From: Chiloscyllium plagiosum
Taxonomy: Eukaryota
Length of the DNA: 47,061 nucleotides
Direction of reading: 5' to 3'
Assembly (NCBI RefSeq): GCF_004010195.1
Contig: NW_025215314.1
Span: 43,958-91,018 of the forward strand
Shown piece after piece: positions 38,526 through 47,061 of this stretch (positions within the stretch are counted from its first letter, which is position 1; every line of letters begins with the position of its first letter). The position numbers and the translations under genes are program-made. The notes beneath the pieces were generated by a model. The model worked only from the letters and a program-made list of their open reading frames with translations, had not been told where the DNA came from and did not search any database.

Positions 38526-39364
38526 TCAATTCGACCAATCGTCCTCCATTCTTTCCTTTCCTATCTTTTTGAACACTTTGCACTCAGGGGTAGTTAACAA
38601 TCAATTCTATCACGGTAGCGGCAAGGACTATATTGATGTTTTAAAACTTCAACTTGTAGACCCTTTTTCAATTCTTTAAGAACTGTTGGAAAATTTCCTA
38701 CAGTCATCTCTTTTGCATAACGAGTCGAACTATTGATTGTACACATGGTTGCTTCTGATGTAGACTCCCATCACTCCTTTGTCGATGGGAGAGACAAAAG
38801 ACGGAAATCTATGTAAATGCTTAGCAGATCTGACAGTCTTTTTAAAATCATAACGGAAGGCTACTCTTCGAAACGTCTAAATCGGTTTTGGTTTCATGAC
38901 ATTATCAGTGCTGCTGTGCATTTCCAGCACCTGGAGGTCAAATTTATGTGAAGCTGGATGATGGTCATTAATTTGTTTTCTGTTGTAGATTGGACACAGT
39001 CTGGCATCAGCAGCCTTCGGGGCAACCTAATTGATCACCGTATATTCTTTCTCTGTGAAGACAGGCACAAGGTGATAATTTATTTTTTTCTGACATTTTT
39101 CCATTTGAATTCAACTACTTTTTATATCTACTATATATGAAGCTCAGAAATAATGGCATATATGTTAAAACGGAAAAATAACTGCATATATATATGGCGT
39201 TCCTAAGGTCCTACGTTGGCACCTGCAAAATCGGCATTTTACCCCAAATTATTGGTCTACATCTGAAGGCGCACTGGGACATCACAAATTCGTGCCAATG
39301 GAAGCACATCCTCACTTCCTGTACTATCAAAGAGCTGGAATCGTGAAATGTGTCTGTACTTTTC

Positions 39365-39564
39365 AGGTAGAGTGTATGGTGCTGAAAAGGCACAGGAGGT
39401 CATGAAGCATCCGAGGGGCTGGAGAATCGACTTTTCGGGCAGAAAGCCGTCATTAGGAAGGGCTTCAGCTCGCAACACACATTCCGATGCTCCTGATCTG
39501 CTGTGCTTTTTCAGCACCACACTCTCGACCCTGATCTCCATTATCTGCAGCCCTCACTGTTTCC
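39365..39564. mobile_element. Short fold-back Penelope-like insertion (duplicate of 10841-11040)
   Basis: Same arms and tail, with flanks tgtacttttc / tatacatttc. Confidence 0.85.
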
Positions 39565-39972
39565 TATACATTTCCATATCTAAATGTAACATTATTTCAC
39601 CTGAGCTCATGTTCCTCATTCAGTTTCTATGTAGTCCACCCTCGAGTTTCTATACCTGAATCGCTCTCTGAATTTTATTTTTTAAAAGTCCCTCTCGGGT
39701 GGTCAGTGTAATCACTATTTTTTTCCGAACTGATTGTTCAATTGTATGAAAAGCAGAGCAGCAACACCCCCGGGAATTTGCTGTTATTATGTTAAAAATG
39801 CCTGTCAGATATTGCAAAACTGGGATAACGCGAGGGCAGTTGTTTTAAGATGAAAATTTATGTTCAAATATCCTGTGAAGTTTCATATCAGAACAGTTAC
39901 CAACAAATGTAACAAAAATATAACGCGATCTATACGACTTTAATTCATCAAACTTTCGCTCATGGAGCGATA

Positions 39973-40054
39973 GCAGCCGTGGCTGAGTAGTTAAGCTGCT
40001 AGATTAGAAAGCCAGTGGGGTCCACGCGTGTAGCTTCGAATCCTGTTGACTACG
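39973..40054 (+). pseudogene. tRNA-Ser(AGA)-derived pseudogene (duplicate of 11450-11532)
   Basis: gcagccgtggctgagtagttaag...ttagaaa...cttcgaatcctgttgactacg, 82 nt. AGA is retained but the stems are mismatched. Confidence 0.87.
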
Positions 40055-40464
40055 TTGAAGCTGCTCTTGCTTTGTTCAATGTTTTCCTGAGCTAAACGAG
40101 TGTTTTCATTCTGATTCATTTTCACAGCCACTCTGGTTATGTGTTAATTTATGTGTTACTGAAACTGGTAACTTTTCAAATCAGACATCAGGTTAAGGTC
40201 TTCAAGACGCTGGAAGTCGCCAATACGTCTTGAATTTGATGACGTTCTGACAGGCGCAAGTTTTAGGAAGTGCAACCAAGTATCGGCAGGTGCAGGTATG
40301 TGGCAATGTAGTCAAATACATGGAAATAGATCTGTAATGGCAATATACTCAAGTGCGCAGAGCCGGATCTCTCTTCAGAATGTAGCCAGGCATCTGCAAT
40401 CAACCTCCATCGAATATGCAATTCAGATGTTGTAGTTCCGTTCGCCGAGCTGGGAATTTGTGTT

Positions 40465-40504
40465 GCAGACGTTTCGTCCCCTGTCTAGGTGACATCCTCA
40501 GTGC
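40465..40504 (-). ncRNA. Minimal type I hammerhead ribozyme motif (inverted pLTR arm)
   Basis: Reverse complement is identical to 42084-42123. Confidence 0.75.
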
Positions 40505-42083
40505 TTGGGAGCCTCCTGTGAAGCGCTTCTGTGATCTTTCCTCGGCCATTTGTAGTGGTTTGAATCTGCCGCTTCCTGTTGTCCATTTCAACTGTCCGTT
40601 GCAGTGGTCGGTATATTGGGTCTAGGTCGCAACAACACCCCCAGATTCTATGGACGACCTAAAGTGCACAAACCAGACATCCCACTCAGACCCATAGTAT
40701 CGCTACCAGGGACACCATCACACAAACTGGCTAAAGAACTACAGCAGAAACTGAAACACCTGATCAGCGGATCCAGACACTTTATACAATCAACACAGGA
40801 ATTCTTGGACATCATCAGAAATATACACATTGACAAGGAAGAAACCATGGTCTCATTTGATGTAACGGCACTGTTCACCTCTATCGACAAAACCCTACCA
40901 GAGAAACAACAGCCAACCTGCTGGACAGACAGAACAGACAACAGGACGTTGAACCTATCAACAAAGATGGCACACTCAAACTACCGGACCTGTGCCTAAC
41001 AACACACTTCACATTCAACAACCAAATATATGAACAAATCAACGGCACACCCATAGCCTCACCCATCTCTGGACTCATAGCAGAAGTGGTAATGCAAAGA
41101 TTAGAACAAACAGTCTTCCCGCAAATTCAACCCAAACTCTGGGTCAGATATGTGGATGACACCTTTGTAATCATTAAAAATACAGAAATAGAGAAAACAC
41201 ACCGGATCATCAATGCCACACTCCCAGGAATCCGATTCACTAGAGAGGAAGAAAAGGACAACCAACTCCCATTCCTAGACGTGATGGTACAGATAACACG
41301 GTACGGAGAATTCACCACAACGGTATACAGGAAAGCCACACACACAGACCAAGTCCTGAACGACGAAAGCAACCCGCCCAATACAAAAGAAGTTGCATCA
41401 AATGGGCCACAACACATTGCAGAACTGCAAAAAGAGGAAGAAGAACACCTCTGCAATATATTCGCCAAAAACGGATACCTGCGCAATTTCATCAACAGAT
41501 GCCTTAGGGAAAGACAACGGAACGAGGACATGCCGCAACCCAATGGACTAGCCATACTACCATACATCAGGAGCATTTCCGAACTGACAGCCAGACTACT
41601 GCGACCACTAGGACTCATAACAGCACACAAACCAACAGCCACTCAGACAACAACTCACCAGAACGAAGGACCCGATACCCAGCATGAGCAAAACCAAGGT
41701 AGTGTACAAAGTCCTATGCAAGGACTGCACAAAACACTACATAGGACAAACAGGAAGACAGCTAACGATCCGCATCCATGAACACCAACTAGCCACGAAA
41801 CAACAAGACCAGCTATACTTACTAGCCACACACGCAGATGATAAGCAACATGAATTCGACTGGGACAATACTACTATTATAGGACAAGCCAAACAGAGAA
41901 CAGCCAAGGAATTCCTAGAGGCATGGCACTCATCCACAGATTCAGTCAATAATCACATCGACCTGGATCCAATATACCGACCACTGCAATGGACAGCTGG
42001 AACGGACAACCGGAAGCGGCAGAATCAAACCACTACAAATGGCGGAGGAAAGATCACAAAAGCGCTTCACAGGAGGCTCCCAA

Positions 42084-42123
42084 GCACTGAGGATGTCACC
42101 TAGACAGGGGACGAAACGTCTGC
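42084..42123 (+). ncRNA. Minimal type I hammerhead ribozyme motif in Penelope pLTR
   Basis: CUGAGGA at 42087-42093, helix II GUCACCU/AGGGGAC, GAAACGUC at 42113-42120, and GCA/UGC helix I. Confidence 0.78.
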
Positions 42124-42404
42124 AACACAAATTCCCAGTTCGGCGAACAGAACCACAACAACGAGCACCCGAGCTACAAATCTTCTTACAAACTTTGAAT
42201 GCAATTCAGATCCTACACATGGGTCTCATTTCCGAATGTTGCCAGTTGCCAACAGCTGAGAATCTACCGCCAAGTATCAGCAAATGGTTCAATTTAAGGA
42301 ACATTAGTTAACGGCAGGTGCCTGTACGCTCTATAGGATCTCTGTTGAGTCATACAGACGAGTACTGTTACTTTCGTGGGATGTTTGCCCGATGTCAGGA
42401 GATA

Positions 42405-42571
42405 GGAGCTGAAAATGTGTTGTTGGAAAAGCGCAGCAGTTCAGGCAGCATCCAAGGAGCAGGAGAATCGACGTTTCGGGCATGAGTCCTTGGATGCTGC
42501 CTGATCTGCTGCGCTTTTCCAGCAACACATTTTCAGCTCTGATCTCCAGCATCTGCAGTCCTCACTTTCTC
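42405..42571. mobile_element. 167-bp fold-back Penelope-like (family 2) insertion with perfect 17-bp TSD
   Basis: 53-bp inverted arms at 42406-42458 and 42487-42539. TSD cccgatgtcaggagata at 42388-42404 and 42572-42588. Confidence 0.92.
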
Positions 42572-42918
42572 CCCGATGTCAGGAGATACGTTGCATTAAG
42601 AGACCATGACATTTTGAGAGCGAATGCGACCAGCAGCACAAACATGGTCTGTAAACTTTACTTTCGTGAAGTTGGAAATTGAACCATGTGCTGGAACTAC
42701 AAAAAGATAACTTATTTCCGTCGTTGACACTGAGAGCGGATTAGCTCATATTCTGCAAAAGCATTCAAAATTCATTCCCAAATTTCACTTGAAAGATTGT
42801 TCCAGACGGAAACGCCGAAATTAAGATCAGGTGCAGGCAATTCAGCCATTCGAGGCCGCTCCGCGTTTTAGCATGATTATGGCTGACATTATTCTGGTAA
42901 GAATTCCTTTTTAATGAT

Positions 42919-43000
42919 CCCACTTTTCTGGCCTCGAATTTGCAAGAAGTAAGTTCATTAGATGGCAAGTTCAACGCCTTAACCACTCGTCAATCACAGA
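42919..43000 (-). pseudogene. tRNA-Ser(CGA)-derived pseudogene, 3' half strongly decayed
   Basis: Reverse complement tctgtgattgacgagtggttaaggcgttgaacttgccatctaatg...gcaaattcgaggccag versus gctgtgatggccgagtggttaaggcgttggactcgaaatccaatg...gcaggttcgaatcctg. Confidence 0.72.
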
Positions 43001-43019
43001 TACTTTAAAGGAACGGGAA

Positions 43020-43560
43020 GTCTTTGATTGGACAGATACAGAGACAGAGACAACCTTTTTCTGTATGTGTGCAGTCTTGCGCTGCCATCAGGTGCAAACC
43101 TGCGGTCATTATGAATGAATAATGAGCCGGAGTGACTTTGTTTGACACCTCTTCACGCTCCAACATCATACGTCATTACACGATGATGTCACTGCACTTT
43201 ATGTCCAGGAGAAAACTCAGACGTGCTGGGTCCTTCCATCTAGAAGCCGGATTCAGCCTTGGCAACGAACTGAACCTGTGACAATCGACGTCGTCCGTGA
43301 TGGTTAGGCGTTCCCTTTGCCCTCAGCATGATAGGCACTGCCACAGTGATTCAGTGAGACATCCAGAGTGAGGATTGTCAAGGATTTGGAATGGGTCAAG
43401 TGTGACCGCGCGTGGACCTGGTGCCATGAAGGTACAGTTAGAGTGGCGGCTCTTCTCGCTCTTCCAACCAGTCGTGACCTTGTGATTCCTGGGCATTGAG
43501 AGAGCACAATGGCGAGGGGCGTTCATGTCACGAGAAGTATCCCTTGGTCCCGCTTCAGCC
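43020..43560 (+). promoter_or_regulatory. Possible promoter/insulator-like CpG-richer segment
   Basis: ATTGG at ~43027, CTCF-like gcgctgccatcaggtgca at 43079-43096, CRE-like tacgtca at ~43169, many undecayed CpGs, and no repeat recognised. Confidence 0.3.
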
Positions 43561-43589
43561 TTGTCGATCCACCATCCGTCAAATCCCAT

Positions 43590-44960
43590 TTTTACCAACG
43601 CCTGCCCCTCCCAAATTTCATACCCGTCAGCTGTTCCTTCCCCTCCTGGGTCACTGCCCCTCGACCTTGACTTATTTGCCAGACCCAGCTCTGCAACTCT
43701 GCCCCTCCCTGTTCTTGATCTTTCTCGACCATTGATTCTGGTGGTGTTCCTTTGTCTCTCTTCCTGCCCCCTTTCACTGTCACACCTTTACCTCTTTTGC
43801 TGCTCTCTCCTCTTGCAAGTACGTCTTACTTGTCACTGTATACAACCTTCCCCGCTGTCCTCCTCTCCTGCTGCCCACCTCACGCTGTCACTCGGTCTCT
43901 TGCTGGTTCACTTCCTTGCCCAACCAGATCTCACTGCTGCAGACCCTGACTTTTGACTGTTTCCTCAAACTTGGCTGCTACCTGCTTTCCTAAGTACCCG
44001 TGCCCTTTCCTGTTCTGCACACTGCTTCGGCCATGTGTCTAGCCCCTCCCATCGCCAATGTCCACGTGACCATTCCACCGAATGCCTGCACCTGTTCCTC
44101 CATTGCCTCCTTCCCCTATCACCTCCAATGCATACCAAAGCTCCTGCCACTCGAACCTCCTCCATACCTCCTGTCAGTATCCCTGATAGGCGAAAGCGTG
44201 TACTGGAGATGCTGGAGATTAGAGTCAAATGAGAGTGGTGCTCGAAAATCACTGCCAGTCAGGCAGCATCCGAGGAGCAGGAAACTCGACGTATCGGGAA
44301 AAACGCCTTTCTTCAGAGATGAGGCTGGGAGCCTTGGGGGTGGACAGATAAATGTGAGGGACGTGGGGCTGAGGGAAGGTGAGCTGAGAGTTCAGTACGT
44401 GGATGGCGCTGATGGTCATGGTGATAGGTCAGAGAGTACGGTGGAGCAGATAGGTGGGAAGGAAGATTGACAGATGGGACAGGTCATGAGAATGATGCTG
44501 AGCTGGAAGGTTGGAACTGGGATAAGGTGAAGGGAGGGTAAATGAGGAAACTAGTGAAATACACTTTGATACCATGGGATTGAAATTTCCCAAGGCAGAA
44601 GATGAGGCGTTCTTCCACCAGACGTCGGTTGGCAAGAGAGTGGTGATGGACGCAGCCCAGGACCCGTATGTCCTTGGCAGAGTGTGAGAGGGAGTTGAAG
44701 TGTTGTCTCACTGCTCCTTATATCCTCTCCTTCACACGTCTTTCCCTGTGCCCAATCCTCGTGCTGTCTAGACATTGCACCTGACTGCTCCTAACTTCAG
44801 CATTCTACACCGCTCCCCTGCACTCCCTGCTGCTTCCCTGTTCCCGCACATGTCTTTTGTTCCTCTTCCTCTGCCATGACTCCCATTCTTTGCATCTACC
44901 GCTCACGTTCACACCGCCCCATTGCTTCCACTTTCCTGAAGAGATCAAACTCATGGTCTC
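43590..44960. repeat. Pyrimidine-rich low-complexity region split by a Penelope-like insertion
   Basis: C/T-biased + strand on both sides of 44188-44712. Confidence 0.6.
44188..44712 (-). mobile_element. Penelope-like element (family 2) 3' end
   Basis: ORF 44484-44711(-) QHFNSLSHS...RRLVEERLIFCLG...GIKVYF (GIY-YIG C-terminus). The 3' terminus matches the fold-back insertions. Decayed hammerhead ctgaagaaaggc...cccgatacgtc. Confidence 0.88.
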
Positions 44961-46473
44961 CTTCCCAGGATTTGTGTATTTCCAGGTGTTGATTACTTTG
45001 TAACAGAATTTAGATTCAAGTAGGAGGTATGGTGTGAAGTTGTCCTGTGCTCAATGGTGTGTTGTCTCTGTTCCACGTTATAATGTGGGATGACGGAGAG
45101 TTCCTGTGATAGTGATTCTATTTCCTCAGACCTCACTTTTTTGCTCTTCGTTCAACTGTCTGTCTGTTAGTTTGCCTGAATACATCAGCTGTGATGTTGA
45201 ATAGAATTTCTAGTTTTCAAACTGTTTTCTACTACCTTGTTCCACAGAAATTGTACACAGTGAGATGTGCAGACTGGGCATATATAATTTAGAAGTGCTA
45301 AAGGATCATAAAGACTTTGTTGGAAGTAAGATGGCATATGACTGGATACTTCAGATCTGAGCCTGGTTCTGCATTATTAAAGGAAGCTACCTGTTTTTGC
45401 AACTCCGGCACTGATACTGCTTCCAGCTTGCAAGTTGAGAGTCATAACCCACTGACTGGAATCTAATTTTATTTCAATTTAATTTTGCTTTTCTCCTCAG
45501 AAATGGATTGGCAAATTTTGCAAATTTCTTACATTGTAATATGCATCTAACTATTCCTTCTTTTTGTACCAAGATGACTAACTCGGAGTTAGAAATTACT
45601 TGTTAATATCAAAGAGGGGAAAAAGACACAGCTGCAAGCATGGCCTGTTCTGCGCTGTTCTGCCTCTATATTTCATCCTAAAAAGAGGAGGAAAGAATAA
45701 TAGGATTTCTATTAGCATGACATTTTACGATTGAACACAACTGTAGTTGAGGGAGGTAAACTGACTTCAACCAAAGAGGAATAAGTGTATATATTTTACT
45801 CTATTGTACACTCGATATGTAAAATATATATGAGACATGTGAATTGAAGATAAGTTTGCTAATAATACATTAGATAGTAATTTTTCAGATTTGTGAACGC
45901 AATTTGTTTCACTTTTAAATTTGAGGGCAACTCGTGGTATTTTTCTGAGGGCTACTTTTTTCAATTTGAATGGCTTATTTAAATGCATGATGTTGGCATG
46001 CGGTAACTGGATTCAGTTATTTTAGTTCGGACTGAACTCACATTTGGACTCATCTAGAAACAGAATTAGAATTCACCAATTTCCTCAATTACAGTTACCT
46101 TTCAATTAAGCTTTAAGGTTGCAACATACAATGAAAACATGAATTTTCTGGATAGCACAGCACTGAAATTGGCACAAGGGAAGAGGCATGCAAAAATGTC
46201 TTGACCAAAATAACTCTCATACCCTTCTACATGTAAAATTTTGTAACCCTAAACATATCTTCCACTGATTAATGAGGTCACTACTAACACTTTTCCATCA
46301 CATACACAAAACAACAGAAACATTTAACCAGGTAGTTACTAGCTTTTTTTTTTACTGCATCTCAGATCTCATACTCAAATTTAAATTTATCAATTAGCAC
46401 AGTGTCATTGCATTGAGAACAATTACATATTTTCTAGTGCAGTAGTATCTCCTTAACTTGCACAACCATAAAC

Positions 46474-46880
46474 CAGGGTTGATAAAATGTGTTGCTGGAA
46501 AAGGCACAGCAGTTCAGGCAGCATATGAGGAGCTAGAGAGACAACGTTTTGGGCATGAGTCTTCACCAGGACTCTGGAGGGCGAAGGGTCTGACAAGTAG
46601 GGTAAGGGGTGTAGGGGACGGTGGAATGTAGGTGGGATGGTGAACGATGGGCAAAGCTAGGAATTGATTGTGATAGTTTGGTAGAAAGTATGGAGTGAAT
46701 AGTTGGGAATCAAGGTGGACAGTTGGGTCAAGTCAAGGGGGCGGTGCCAAGTCAGATGGTTGGATCTGGGATTGGGTGGGGGAAGGGGAGATTTCGAAAC
46801 TGGTGAATTCAATGTTAGGGAAGTGTGATTGTCAGGTCAAGAGAACGGTGAACGTTTCCTCCTCCCTACATAGTTGTTGC
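46474..46880 (-). mobile_element. Penelope-like (family 2) 3' region lacking the terminal tail
   Basis: aaaatgtgttgctggaaaaggcacagcagttcaggcagcat...acgttttgggcatgag, then a purine-rich UTR and gaaactggtgaattcaatgtt, similar to 44188-44712. Confidence 0.8.
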
Positions 46881-46930
46881 AACCATGATCAAGATATTCC
46901 ATATTAAGTTACTAGGGCTTTTTTGTCTCA

Positions 46931-47061
46931 GTGGCACAATGATGAGCCCTGCTGCCTCATAGCGCTAGAAAGCAGGGTTCAATTCTCGGTTCAGGCGACT
47001 GACTGTGTGGCGTTTGAATATTTACCCCGTGTCTGCGTGGGTTTGCTCCCGGTTCCTCCCA
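46931..47061 (+). mobile_element. HE1 (V-SINE) 5' part, running off the window
   Basis: ctgctgcctcatagcgctag...gggttcaattc...ccccgtgtctgcgtgggttt. Confidence 0.88.

Larger units (their letters stand above)
31500..41338 (+). repeat. Recent segmental duplication, copy B (pairs with 2490-12802)
   Basis: Same colinear match as copy A. It lacks ~515 bp of CR1 (A ~5304-5818) and has ~45 extra bp at ~32557-32600. Confidence 0.97.
40429..42198 (+). mobile_element. Complete 5'-truncated Penelope-like insertion (family 1) with inverted pLTR arm and 13-bp TSD
   Basis: RT motifs PRFYGRPKVHK, SFDVTALFT, YVDDT and LPFLDV; GIY-YIG VVYKVLCKDCTKHYIGQT; TSD atgcaattcagat at 40416-40428 and 42199-42211. Frameshifted. 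Confidence 0.97.

Noticed and set aside
41086..42103. Penelope RT/GIY-YIG ORFs as an active or domesticated gene
   Set aside because: The element is 5'-truncated with several frameshifts and stops, inside a TSD-bounded insertion.
42405..42571. MITE/DNA transposon or conserved miRNA gene
   Set aside because: The inverted repeats are not terminal on the right side (32-nt tail), the TSD is 17 bp, and the sequence matches a Penelope-like 3' end.
43525..44470. 143-aa and 156-aa plus-strand ORFs
   Set aside because: They run over low-complexity pyrimidine DNA and the antisense strand of a Penelope-like 3' end.
1..47061. CRISPR arrays, rRNA, snRNA or prokaryotic operons
   Set aside because: No regularly spaced short repeats and no rRNA/snRNA signatures were seen. 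The content is eukaryotic retroelement-rich DNA.

Overview
Repeat-rich vertebrate DNA, almost certainly from a shark or ray, because it carries HE1/V-SINE copies and shark-type CR1 and Penelope elements. No intact host protein-coding gene is supported. The ORF track is explained by decayed retroelements (CR1, Rex1/Babar, two Penelope-like families) or by their antisense strands. The window is the remnant of a tandem array with three paralogous units: A (<1-12802), C (~22157-28530) and B (~28535->41338). A and B are about 95% identical by spot check, and C is clearly older. Five degenerate tRNA genes are present (2x Ser-AGA-like, 2x Ser-CGA-like, 1x Val-AAC-like) and none looks intact. Other notable features are four intact-looking minimal hammerhead ribozyme motifs in Penelope pLTRs, tiny fold-back Penelope-derived insertions with long target-site duplications (one with its empty site in the window), a 633-bp candidate LTR, and a CpG-richer promoter-like segment at about 43.0-43.6 kb. 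There is a 500-N assembly gap at 12803-13302. Family names come from recalled consensus motifs, not database searches, and boundaries of old repeats are approximate.
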